A program made the position numbers and the translations under genes. A DNA stretch of 64,000 nt from Octopus vulgaris (taxonomy: Eukaryota), in assembly GCA_951406725.2 (NCBI GenBank), contig OX597817.1, positions 41,664,001 through 41,728,000 of the forward strand. Direction: 5' to 3'. The notes beneath the pieces are model-generated. The model was not told the DNA's origin, made no database searches, and saw nothing but the letters and a program-made list of their open reading frames with translations. This document shows positions 1-12,633 of this stretch, piece after piece. Every line of letters begins with the position of its first letter. Within the stretch, counting starts at the first letter, position 1.

Positions 1-621
1 CTAGCAAAAGGAACATTAAACAGAAGAGAGAAACAACAGTGATCAACATTTATCTCTATAAATGTGTAATAAAACGATTATTTTATGGAGAAGGATTTAT
101 TTTTATCACTTAAATGCTCTTACATTAACATAAAGCACAAAATGGAAAACACTTTCAACGTTTAATTATCTCTGTTAGCCTATGCAGTTGAAGTATTTTA
201 TGCAACCTAACATCCAATAAACCATCTTCAAATATTTTTGTAAGTTTTCAGTAAATTTTATCCTAAAGATCTATGAAACTCAATGTCGCTAGAGTTGGCA
301 TTTTAGTAAATATCGAGTTAATCTTGTTAAAGCTAAGCTTTCTTTTTATCTTATATTATGAGACTTAAATAATGAAAAAGTATTAAAATCATTAAATGCA
401 ATTAAATTTAAAATGATTTAAGATACATAAATGGGAAAATAATGCACAATTTATAACGAGTCTTTGTTTTGTTTTTTTTTTCCAGCTGGCAAAATTAGTG
501 ATAAGCTTGAGGAACATAAAGAGAAATTGACACATTTAAGCACCTATTATGAATTGCAATTTCTTAGTAAAAACCGAAACAATTACACAGCTTAACAAAA
601 GCCAATCTATGACAATAATAC

Positions 622-1012
622 CTCTCTTTTCTCTTATCTTTTACTTATTTCAGTCATTTGACTGCGGCCATGCTGAAGCACCACCTTTAGTCGAGCAAAT
701 CGACCCCAGAACTTATTCTTTGGAAGCCTAGTACTTATTCTATCGGTCTCTTTTGCCAAACCGCTAAGTTACGGGGACGTAAACACACCATCATCGGTTG
801 TCAGGCAATGTGGGGGGGTGGGAGCAAACATATATACACACATACATATATATGACGGACTTCTTTCAGTTTCTGTCTACCAAATCCACTCACAAGGCTT
901 TGGTCGGCCCGCAGCTATAGTAGAAGACACTTGCCCATGGTGCTACGCAGTGGGAATGAACCCAGAACCATGTGGTTGGTAAGCAAGCTACTTACCACAC
1001 AGCCACTCATGC
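622..1012 (-). mobile_element. SINE family A (tRNA-like head, internal microsatellite, CAGTCAAATGACTGAAACAAGTAAAAGA tail)
   Basis: Reverse complement of the copies at 20889, 28909 and 45794; head carries A-box-like TGGCTGTGTGGT and a B-box-like GGTTC motif. Confidence 0.9.
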
Positions 1013-1329
1013 TTTAAATTATTTTAAATTTCTGGTATTTTTAAGAGTTCTGAATTCAGCGAGGCGTGTGTGTGTGTGCATGTGATTATTTATGTATTTT
1101 TCTTAAGATATTCATAATGGCTAACCTAGTAAACCAGGACAAACTTGCTGCCAATCATAACATAATTTAGGAGGTATTGTCAAGATAGCCAAATTGTGTC
1201 AGAATTGGCAACAGTTCAGTCACCATGGGTGAGATTTAAGCAATAGTAAACATTTGATCCAATATATCTTTATACAAACAACCATATACAATAGACAGAA
1301 GTTTTCATTGATGATTACAACTGAATGGT

Positions 1330-1610
1330 ATCACTAGTATGATTAGTAAGATGGTGAGTTTTACTGACAAATGTTGTCCCATGTCAAGACAGGGAGTCAG
1401 CATCACTACCACAACAACAACAGCACACACACACACACACACAGAGGCATATGATGGAATTCTTTCAGATTCTGTCTTCCAAATCCACTCAGAAGGCTTT
1501 GGCCAACCTAGGACTATATTAGAAGACACTTGTCCAGGTGCCACACACATGCACTGGAACTGAATCCAAAACCATGTAGGTGACAAGTAGACTTCTTAAC
1601 CACACTGGCA
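1330..1610 (-). mobile_element. SINE family A, diverged partial copy
   Basis: Motifs TCTTTCAG..CCAAATCCACTCA..GAAGACACTTG shared with family A, plus (CA)n. Confidence 0.75.
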
Positions 1611-1799
1611 TGTCGTTTCTGTCAACTGTACATCCTTGTTATATATTTACTACACAACTGTAGACCAAACCAAGATTTACTAATGCAACACTAAATACGT
1701 GTGTGTGTATGTATGTGTGTGTACAGAGGATACAGAGAAAAAGAATTCATGTCGTTCCAATTTATGGCTCAAACATTTACTCGGGGTGTGTTTCATAAT

Positions 1800-2478
1800 A
1801 TTTACTACAAACACCAAATCATGCAGGTTGAGTTAATATATGTTGAGTTAATACATGCCAACTGAGAAATAGCATTGCTAGGTAAGGCTGGCTGACACTT
1901 AAGCAGCATCGTTGATTAAAAAGTAGGCCAAGGTAGCGATCTCATTCATAGCATGCCCTCCTCCTGGTTTTAAGGCTTGTACCACCAAAGAGCTAGTTGG
2001 CTCTGGCTGCTGGAACTGAAACTAACATGATACTGTTGGAAGGCAGGTTTAGAGAGGGCATGGGCCAAAACTACATGCCCTTCCCCTCCATTGGTCAGTT
2101 GAAGCTTAGATAGTGTCACGTGACAGCTGGTGCTGGCTGCTGGAGCCTACTGGTGAGTATTTAAAGGGAAATTTGGCAAGATGGCCCTTCGCTCACTGAC
2201 ATTCATTGATGGTGCATCAAAGAAACAAAAGAAAAAAGGAGAAAGAAAAAGATGCACTCAACACCAGAGCTGAAGACACTTCCTAAAGCGGGTGGGTGCC
2301 ACGTCAAGAACAGTTGAGGAGTAGGGGCCGAAACCGGACATGGTTCCTCCTTATGATGACTTTAGCCACTGGATCATATAAAGGAACTGTTGAGGTAGCA
2401 AACCATGGAACGTGGTTGGAATTCCTCTTGTATATTGTCAGTGAATATATTATAAATAAAATGAAAAATGTGAATACA
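1800..2478 (+). mobile_element. GC-richer LTR-like or Penelope pseudo-LTR-like segment, unclassified
   Basis: Locally higher GC; ATTGG, palindromic TGTCACGTGACA (2114-2125), TATTTAAA (2158-2165), degenerate hammerhead-like core (2314-2346), AATAAA near 2455. Confidence 0.35.
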
Positions 2479-3720
2479 CATTTTATCAGTTTAATCCTGG
2501 CTTGAAACTTACTTCATGGATTAAAATTTCTTGGCCAAAAGCAAAGGTTAAATCAATATTTAGCATCACTTCTGAAATATTGATTACATACTTAAGGAAG
2601 AATATCTATGAAGGAAGATGTCTGTTGAAAGAAGTTTTTAAGATATATTATTGACAATGCCAGCCAAAGAATTGATTAGAACCTTAGACATACCATATTC
2701 TACAGTTATATTCAAAAGTTCTATAGAATTTTTATTTTCTTTCTTGAAGCCTTTTCCTATTAGTTTGTACCTTAATCCCTGTATACTAATTAAGGTGAGC
2801 AAATTATACTCCCAGTTTATTGTATTGCTCAGGTTATCATCTCCAAGACATAGTTTTTCAATTAATCATTGAGAAAGGCCTTTTTAAGAATCAAAAAGAC
2901 ATTTCATGGATTGAAGACCTCTCCTTATCAGTAATACAAGATTCTTATTTCTATAATTTGCTTTTAATGCCTGTGCTAGTAGAAAACTACGAAAGAATCA
3001 CAGAAAATATTTGTTTATTTAATCAGTTTTTTTTTTTTTTTGGTTTTGTTTCCTCACCATTTTTTTATATTTTATGATGAACAAAACAGAAGTAATGAAA
3101 ATTTAATTCATTCACGTGAAGTCCAATTATTAACCAATTATCAATCTCAGCTAAAATTAAGGTGCTCTTTGAGAGAAACCTTGCTTATTTTTTGATTCAA
3201 GATATCTTCATAAAGACTTTGTTTTCAGTATTTAAATCAGCGTGTCTTTAAATATCGCTAGCTGCCTACCCTAGCTCAATAAAATACTGAAGTGGGGTAT
3301 GGGTGATCATTATTAAATTCTAAGTTTAATTCCTAAAAATAAAGCATACATTAGTTTCCTTTCCTGAATCCTTACAACTTCATAAGCAAGGAAAAAGAAA
3401 TTAACTTGCAGAATATTTTAAAATATTGATTTTCAAGACATTTGCTTTAGATTCTTAAATTTTTGATAACTTAGAAATGCAAAGAACATAAAAACAAAGG
3501 ATGACAAATGGAAGAGTAATAATGTAAAGCAAGAAATCAGCAATGGAAATAATGAAAAATTAACAAAACAATGTTCATTATGTTGTATCCATTTCAATGC
3601 TATGATGTAGCTGCCTCTTTTTCAACTATAAGGCAATTCTTTTATTGCAGCTAGGTAAACTAGAATTTTAATTAAAAAAAATAATAACTTACATGATAAC
3701 AACGATTAATGGATCTAACA

Positions 3721-3934
3721 ATATTGGTTTCAAAATTTGGAACAAGGCTAACAATTTTTAGGGAGGGGTTTACTACAATGACCCCAGTGCTCAGCTGGTA
3801 CTTATTTTATTGACCCCAAAAGGATGAAAGGTAAAGTCAACCTTGGTAGAATTTGAACTCAGAATGTAAAGATGGACAAAAGGCCATTAAGCATTTTGCC
3901 CAGCATGCTAACAACTCTGCCAGCTTGCCACCTT
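3721..3934 (-). mobile_element. SINE family B (about 220 bp, AAGGCGGCGAGCTGGCAGAA-type head)
   Basis: Reverse complement of the copy at 54967; GGATGAAAGGTAAAGTCAACCT..ATTTGAACTCAGAA. Confidence 0.85.
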
Positions 3935-4049
3935 AAGTAATAATGATAATAACATTAGCAGACCATTATTAGCCAATAATGCTGTTTCATAAGACAGTCT
4001 ATTGTGGATATGAATGTAGTAAGCAACTGTAGTCTGTAACATGCACACT

Positions 4050-4720
4050 TCAGGGTGTTGTAGGCACTGGAAAGCTGCATGGATGAAGTGGTCAGCCTGT
4101 GACACTCTAGCATCTATAGTTCTCTGAGAACCTTTTTTATTTTGTTTTCACAAAATGAGAAGGATTTTCTTTTTTGTAGTCTTAATACACTATTTAACCA
4201 CCCCCCACATGAGATTCCAGTTCTGGTGTATAGATTGAACAAACAATTGAAAATATTCTTGATATTGTGCTTTTTTTGAGCAACCAGACATTTGTTGGCT
4301 CTTACGGAATACCCTAAGAGTATTAAGCAAGGTAGATGGTTTAGTCTGGTCTAACATAGCTCAGTTTTCATCACCATAGTCTTAACACTGACTGTACCAG
4401 TTCTGTCCAACATTTCCAAATTAATATTCAGGGTGTCTGAGATGGCTTCAGTACAATGTCCAGGTTTTACATCCATATAGGAGGAATGTCAGTACAACTG
4501 CTTGATAGATTTTGATTTTCATTTCCAGTGTGACATTTTTGTACTGTGACACGTGATTACAGGCAATCCAGTGACTGGCTACCTTTTGCTCATACATGCG
4601 TCTGTCTCCTTGTTGAGAAAGCTATCAGAGGAGATGGCACTTAGACAATGACCTAAGACTAAGTGTGAGTTTGAAGAATTAAGAGACCTCAACAAATTTT
4701 CATAATGACCTGGAGATTGG
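4050..4720 (-). mobile_element. Possible highly decayed RTE-like LINE fragment
   Basis: Minus strand gives YGDEN* near 4375, resembling the LYGxETW motif of RTE C-termini; otherwise very degenerate. Confidence 0.3.
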
Positions 4721-5695
4721 TCTTGGACTGTCATGAGAGCATAGCTCATAAAATATAGTAGACTTAACAGCTAATAAAGTGGCCAAAATGTTCTCCAATA
4801 AGGCTAGCATCTTCACTAGGAGAGACACATTTAACTCTTAAATCTTTAAAAAACATGTCTCAAAAACAGAGAGAATGGTTGTAACTGAAATTCCAATCAA
4901 ACAATCATCTTTATTTTAGATTGCTTAAACATAATAAGCAAAGCAAAACAAATCTATTGATAACTAGTGTCAGTGGAATATTTCATATACTCTACGTGGT
5001 TTCATTAAACTTGCAGGCAAATACTTCCAAATATTGCATTTAGATTTAGGAATAATGCCATACATAGAACAGCTTAAGCAGTGCAACTGTCTTCTTTATT
5101 TTCTTATGTACTTAATTTGTTTTCAGTGTGATATACAAGCTAAAATGATCTTTCTAAAGACAATTCTACAAAGCTTCACAAAAGAAGCTTTCTATGGGAG
5201 TGTCAAACACATTCAATGACAATCATAACAGCCAAAGAAACCACAACAAAAAATAACAATCATCAAAACCGAACAAGCTATTAGAATAAGCTATTGTTGT
5301 TGAGAAACAAGAAAGGTATCAAACCGACAACACACATTATGAAAGTATACAACAGGTTGAAAAATAAAATTAATACCTCTAAAACTTTCGATGAAAATTG
5401 ACAAAATCAATGAACACCATTTTGTTAAATGAAGACAAAACAGTAATCTTAGAAGACAATACCACTTGTAAGATCTATGGTAGTACTCAAACACAAAACA
5501 AAGTTAACGCATACATCCCCTGCCCCACTCCTGATTTAAGGTTTCAAACTCAGAGATAGAGCAGACACCATAATTTCATTTTCCAAGTTACCCATAATTT
5601 GGGTAGCAGATATTGAAAAACCTAGCTCATGAAAATGGCAAAATTTTGAAGAACAAAATATAAAATAAAATACTATTGTTTTTACTATGTAAGTA

Positions 5696-6075
5696 CAGGT
5701 GTGGCTAAGTAATTAAGAAGCTTGCTTCTCAACTTTAAGGTCTTGGATTAAGTCTCACTGCATGGCATTGTAGGGAAGTGATTTCTATCATGGCCCTGGG
5801 CTGACCAAAGCCTTGAGAGTGGATTTGGTAGTCAGAAACTGAAAGAAGCCACATATGTGTGTGTATTCTTGTCTAGACATCACATGATGGCTGTAAAGAG
5901 GCATTATCATCAAACAAGTAAGACTGTTTCCTTTCTTCCATGAAAAGCATGTCTGGCTATGGGGAAGCATTACTTTGATTAGAAACAGGGAGGGCATCTG
6001 GCTGTAGAGTAAGTGCTTCGAAAAATTTCATGATTGATGCAAGCATGGGAAATTGGACACAGCATGATGATGAGT
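5696..6075 (+). mobile_element. Chimeric SINE: family-A head with RTE-type 3' tail
   Basis: Family-A head up to GAAACTGAAAGAAGCC, then a different body ending GCAAGCATGGGAAATTGGACAC..GATGATGA, like the LINE end near 33520. Confidence 0.75.
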
Positions 6076-6699
6076 CATTGGTAAAAATGTGAATGTTTCT
6101 AACTTCTATAGTTTGATCAGAGTGGACAATTAAGCAATAATCAAACAAGCAAACAAATAAGACAATAATAACATTAGGTATCTAACTTTTTAGTGGTTGG
6201 TTCTGTTTGATGAAGGGAATAATTACAGTGGAACACAATAATGTCTAGAAAGTCAAAGAATGCATGAGAAAAAATTAACAAAAATTTCTGGCAAGCTTTC
6301 AGATTCACTCTGAATCACAAAATATACAACAAATCCATATATATAGAGCAATTAGCAGCATCAATAATTCCAAAAAGATTGTAACAATAACATGAAACAT
6401 CATATTTCTACATCAAACAAATATTCTTATCAAATACTTCAAAAATTAAAAAAAATATAAAAAAATACATCCATCAGGAAATGATGAATCCTGCAAGCAA
6501 TGTACAACCCAGTCTCCTACACATACTAAACCTTCATTGCAAATTTACACTCTTTGAAGGAGAAAGTCTTGAGTTCAAATCTCAGAATGTGTTACAATCA
6601 TCTTCACACAAAACCATGGAAACCCATAGCTTTATGGCAATGTGGATATGACGATAAAGAATCAAAAGCCATATGATCTAACAACATCTTGTGTCACAA

Positions 6700-6840
6700 T
6701 CATCATCCTCATTTGACATCAGTTTTACATTGGTTTTCCACACTGGCATAAGTTGGATGGTTTGACAGGAGCTGCCCTTCCTAACTGCCAACCACTTTAC
6801 TGAGTGTACTGGGTGCTTTTATATGTGGTGCCAGCACGCT
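6700..6840 (-). mobile_element. RTE LINE 3'-UTR fragment (family C)
   Basis: CATCATC..GTTGGATGGTTTGACAGGAGCTG..CCAACCACTTTAC shared with 18344, 31012, 46978. Confidence 0.7.
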
Positions 6841-6997
6841 GTGTATATTGAAAAACTAGGAATAGGAAATTGGGTATGAGATGTTTTGGTGCTGCCAATC
6901 TATTATTACCAATTCGCTGCTGGTTTATTTGACATTCTAATATGTCTTATGTTTTCTCTTTCTGTCTCTCTTTGTGTATCAATATATTTTTCTCTAA

Positions 6998-7218
6998 GAG
7001 GGCAGTGAGCTGACAGAATCATTAAGACACCGGGTGAAATGCTGAGTGGTATTTTGTCTGCCGTTACATTCTGAGTTCAAATTCTGCTGAGGTTGACTTT
7101 ACCTTTCATCCTTTCAGAGTCAATTTAATAAGTACCAGTTACACACTGGGGTCGATACCATCGACTTAATCCTTGTTTGTCCCCTCTATGTTTAGCCTCC
7201 TGTGAGCAATAAGGAAAT
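6998..7218 (+). mobile_element. SINE family B
   Basis: GAGCTGACAGAATCATTA..TTCTGAGTTCAAATTC..CCTTTCATCCTTTC..CTGGGGTCGAT. Confidence 0.85.
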
Positions 7219-7599
7219 ATATTTCTCTCTATGTGTATGAGGAGAAGGAAAGTGTTAATGTAATTCGTACTCAATCAATTGTAACCTCTCTCTCTCTCTG
7301 TCTGTATGTGTATATTTCTGAATACACATGTGAATATTGGCCTCCAGCATCCAAAAGTACTGATGCCTAAACAGATTTAATGTCCAAACAGCAATGCCTA
7401 ATTATCTGATTCCATAAGTAATTATAACCAAGATAATTCTGTATAGACATTACAATTATCAAATCATATATAATTCCATTGAAGCAGCTTTCTGCAAATC
7501 TATCAAATTCCTTAGCAACCTATAAAATAAAAATTTTTTTAAATCCTCCCCTTGACCAGACTACCCATAATAACCTCTTAAGAATGATCAACACTCTAT

Positions 7600-7765
7600 A
7601 CGGTCAAATGACCAGCTAAACATCTTTCGTATCACTCCCTCCCATCTTTAAAGAAGGACACATTGGATATGTGCCTCTAAACAAAGAAAGGATGGTCATG
7701 GTTAGAACACCTTCGAGCCTGGGTTTGCTAGATCAGATCTCATCTGAGATTAAACTACAATAACC
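7600..7765 (+). repeat. Interspersed repeat family D (other copies near 13880-14065, 21370-21505, 58895-59090)
   Basis: Shared GAAGGACACATTGGAT..GGATGGTCATGG..GATCAG..(AAC)n end. Confidence 0.6.
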
Positions 7766-9346
7766 ATTTTACCAATAAAAAGGCAAACTGCTTTCTTGTT
7801 CATTAAGTTCGGGTCTAAGCAACTGACTTACTCTGACTTATTACAACACAAAGAATCAAAAGAAAATATTTAAAAACAAAAAAAAATAATGTATAAGATT
7901 AATGAGAAAGAGACAAAAATGGTAAAACCAAAATCAGACTGATAGTGGGAAAGAAAATTAACAGAAAAAAAGCAGCAGCTGGTATTAAAAGTTGCTAAAC
8001 TACTTCCAAGAAACTTTTAGCAAAATGAAGGGTACCATTTTAGCAATGAAGGGGTGGTGGTGAGAATGGTATCAAGCAGCAGAATATTCCATGTTAGAAA
8101 CAGGAGTGAATTAACCAATGTCCATATAATTCCTACTACACCAGATATGAATATTGTAGATAAAGACTTCCATATACTCATACTTATGTACATGTGTATA
8201 CACACATGCATACACAACAGTTGAACACGAACAGTAGAAGGTCAAGTGTAAGTCTATGCCCAAAACTAAGAAAATCGAAAGGAGACAAAGGAGATTTCTA
8301 ATGGAATATATCAAAGCTCAATTTTACTAAAAGTTGTAAGTAGTAATGCAAACCAAGGGAAGAAAGAAAGGAAATATAGGAATAAAAGTAACAAAGTAAA
8401 AAAACAAATTTTTATCACTAAAGACAAGATGCCAGCTAAAAGCATTAAGTAACAGGCTAGATCCTAAATGGAACATAGCCAATATGATTCAGTCTGTTAA
8501 TATATTAAAGCTACCTATTCTTAGCCATAGCAGGCATTTCAATACAATATGATATTGATCACTTGGAAGTGAAGCGAGCAAAAGAAAGAGTTGTACTCAA
8601 CAGCTGTAAACAGCAGCCATGACTGTTCTGCTGCTGCCATAAAGAAGCAGAGAGACAAGAAAAGATATTTCTCAATTAATACAGCAAAAGAGGACAGCTA
8701 ATAAAAAAGATAAATAAATAAAAGCTAACAAGATGAGATATTAAAATTATAACCAGAAGATAGTATGTAATCATTTTTATTTCATTTTAGTTATCTGTTC
8801 GTAAATATTTCATAGCAGAAATCTTAAAGAAATGTGGCATGCAAACGCAGTGAAATATAACAACGCTATGTCTGGTATTAATGTGGCTGCTTAGTAAAAG
8901 CAGTCATACAGAATCAAATATAGTAAACGCTCTTTAATTATCCAAGTTTTGTGGAGAGCATAAAAGCTAAAGGCTGAAAATATGAAGAATTAATAATACT
9001 TTAACACTGAACGATAACTTATGAAGTGCTGCTAATTCCTTTTCCTTCTCAAAACAAAATTGAGAATGTATTTGCTTTGCAGAAGATAAAGCTTTTAAAA
9101 TACATCGCGAAACCAAAAGAATGGATAACAATTCTGAGGCATATTGAATTGAGATTATATTCTATTGTAATTTCTTTAAAAAATAAACATTTTTAACTGA
9201 TCAAAATTCACCAATGTCTTTTCTTACACATACACACCCACATACTCACAAAATACAGTTGTTGACACACATATATACAGGTAAGAATAAAACTTAAGAG
9301 AACAGGTGATGATAAAACGCTTCAAAACTATACACCACTGGTAGGA

Positions 9347-9770
9347 TTAACCTTTTTAACGCTAACCATCCCCTGAGGTCAATTAACCCTTCATCATTCA
9401 AATTACACTGTCAAATGTAATACTTATTTATTCAGATTGTTTTGAATTAATCATGCATTATCACATAGCTTTGAGATTTTGATGATGTAATTGTTTATTT
9501 CCAGAATGACATTGTAGGATAGGTGTGAGAGGCTGGGCCTGGCAGGTTTGAAAATAAAAACAGATAGAATATTTGAGCCAGATATGGCCTGTTTAATGAT
9601 GCAAACTTTGTTTTAAAGTGACATAAATTAAAACCTGTCAGAATTTTAAGTTAATTTATGTTCCTGATATCAGCTTAATTAATAATGAAGTTATTTCACT
9701 ACATTCTTGATTATCTTAAAAAATTAACTGAAACAAAGTTTATTTCGACAGAAATAGTCACAAAAGTCCG
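9347..9770. mobile_element. Two nested piggyBac-like (TTAA) MITEs, decayed
   Basis: 9384-9600 matches the 23539 MITE in reverse; the flanks resemble the 57248 MITE (AATTTATGTTCCT..AAGTTATTT). Confidence 0.6.
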
Positions 9771-10389
9771 ATTTCAGCAGACATATTTGCCTCGCTTTAT
9801 CTTCAGTAATGTTGTTGTAGTAACATTGCTTTAACTCTATTCTGAGAAGATTTTGAAAAATAATGTGATTTTGTTAATTTTTGAAAAGCATTCGGAGGAG
9901 GTTTAGTAAAAGCACATTATCATTTAAGTTCATGCTTGAACACAAAAGAAAAACAAAAAACAAAGCTATCAGTTATGAAATAACAAGACTTTAATTTCAA
10001 CATTTCATAAAACACTTTAAAATGAGCAATCTCATGAGATCTGATACTGGACTCGTTACTAAAGAAATTTGTAAATAATATTTAAAAAGTGGCTACATTC
10101 CTTCATCCATCACAGTAACACTAACAGAATGCTACCAAGGGCATTTATATAGATTATGAAAGTTGCTTTTCTTATCACAAATACCAAAACATAATAAAAA
10201 TACCAGTGGATAAACAGCCTAATTTCCCATTAAAAAAAAATTAATGCAGAATGAAGAAACAAGAGAAAAAACAAGGAAACATTACAAGCAATATCAACAC
10301 TGTTTATGGGATATGCAATTCTATAACAAACCACTGAGGGTGCATGAATTTAGAAGATTCTATTTTTAGTTAGCGGATGTTGTAGAGTC

Positions 10390-10619
10390 ATCACTATTCA
10401 GCATCCGCTTCTCCTTGCTTGCATTGGTCAGATGAAATTTGTTGAGAGAGATTTTCTGTGGTTGGATGCCCTTTCTTATTGCCAACCTTCACTTGTTTCC
10501 AAGCAAGGTAATATTCCTCCTATGTCAAAACAAGGGTACACACACACACAGAGTTTCTGTCTACCAAACTTACTCACAAGTCTTTGGTTGGCCTGAGTCT
10601 ATAGTAGAAGACACCTGCC

Positions 10620-10662
<43 letters not shown>
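10390..10662 (-). mobile_element. Chimeric SINE (A head, RTE tail), partial, followed by (TG)n
   Basis: GGATGCCCTTTCTTATTGCCAACC..AAGCAAGGTAATATT, then family-A GTTTCTGTCTACCAAA..TATAGTAGAAGACAC. Confidence 0.7.
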
Positions 10663-10664
<2 letters not shown>

Positions 10665-12497
10665 ATGTGTGCACATATGTGTGTGTGAAGATTAGAAGAG
10701 AACTGAGAAAGAATTTAAACTGTGGTAGTTGGGAAGACAATTGTACACTGGATGTCATAGGAATACACATTCAGATTTTCTCAAGATACTTTCTGTTTTC
10801 ATGTTAGCAAAAATGTAAAGTGTGGGGGGGAGGAGACAGAAACGAAAGTAGTAAATATTTCACCTGGTATAATAGTCTTTCATACACCAGGAAACATCTG
10901 CTATTTTACCATCTTCCGTTAGTATGGCTCCCTATGGAAAAATCGTCATCTTTCATCTTCAGTAGCATGAAAGACCAGGTGAGATAATTATAGTCTTATA
11001 AGAAAAAAATACACCTAAAAAAATAAGCCAGGTTAACTTACTGAAAATAAGTGTACCTTTGATAAAAAAGAATTCTAAATACTAGAAGCAACCAAAGTCT
11101 TCCATAGAATATTTTTGTATAGATTATAGAGGTGGCCAAAGATTCACTTTATCTATTTATTTATCTATTTATTCTTGCTTTAATTTCTATCTTTCCATCA
11201 AGTTACATGGAAACAAAAATTTAAATATAGTGGAAATAAAAATGTCTTGAGCTACTGCTTATATTTCAGAAAAATGCGTAAAGTAAAGCTAAGTACTTAT
11301 CTAAAGAAAAAAAAAACCATTTCCAATGATCACTCACACACTCACACGCACATACATATTCATAGAGTTGTCTAGATATTATTCAAGAACAGCTGTAAAC
11401 TTGTAAATAGTTAAAATTGCCTAGAATGTTCTTTACATTTAAGGTTACAATTCAGGCCAAGATCAAAGAATCTTTTCCAAGATCTTCAGTGAGGTAAAAG
11501 CAAAAACAACATACAAAAATAGATCTGCTTCAATTGGCAATATCAAAGTTTTTAAAGGATAAACATTATCATTCTATATTAAGAAAAATAAAATGAAAAA
11601 ACAAATCACAAACAAGATTTCTAGCTTTGGATGCTTTCCTGTCCCCCCCCCACACTCCACCCCAACTCCCTTACTTAAGACTTGACTTCATTATATTCAA
11701 ACTGTTTACAGGATGAAATATTAAGCCCAAGGTCATTTGAATTCAGAAACACGAATCAACAAATTAAACATCATAAAACATCAAATGTTATCTACATCTA
11801 AACAACCTTTGTAATGAAACTATCTATGTAATTTGATGTGTCAGAAATTGCTAGAGATTTCTTAAGCTAAATATTGTGAGAAAGGGTGGTCATTTTTGTT
11901 CAGTAATTCTAGCCATTAAGGATGTAATAGGACTGAAGGCTCATATTGTTGTTGTTGTCAGCTCGAATTTGGTCCTGACTGAACAGGTATCTGTGAAGCT
12001 CTGTTACATATAACAGTGGTGGCATATTATGGATTTTGATTTTACTGTGCAGTAGCCAAATTGGCCACCCGCTTCCTTAAACGTAACTTAACTTTGACTA
12101 CAGTAATACTTTCTTATTCACATTATTTCAATTAATCTTGTATTATTTTGTACCTTTGAGATCTTTATGATGTGATGGTTTATTTTTAGTATGACACTGT
12201 AAGGTAGATGTAAGAGGCTAGAACTGGCTAGTTTGAACATACAACAGGCCTGATATGGCTAGTTTAAATTATATTGGTGCAACCCAGTGAGTTATAGAAC
12301 GGAAAACTTAAATAAGAAAATTGCAGCAAAGCTGTGTGAGAGTGGTGTCAGACATTGCATGCAGACCATCATATAACTTGTTAAACATATATTTTAAGTG
12401 GTGTCTCAATGGTGCACCTTTCCTGATCCTTTTTTTTGTTTCTTTTTATGGTCTTTAGCAATACATTGGTGCCAGGAAACTGTCCATGAACCCAATA

Positions 12498-12633
12498 ATC
12501 ATCATCATATAGCATTCGCTTTCCATGCTAGCATGGGTTGGACGGTCCAACTGGGGTCTGTGAAGCCAGAAGGCTGCATCAGGCCCAGTCTGATCTGGCA
12601 GTGTTTCTACGGCTGGATGCCCTTCCTAACGCC
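12498..12633 (-). mobile_element. RTE LINE 3'-UTR fragment (family C)
   Basis: TTTCCATGCTAGCATGGGTTGGACGG..CTGGATGCCCTTCCTAACGCCAA. Confidence 0.8.
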
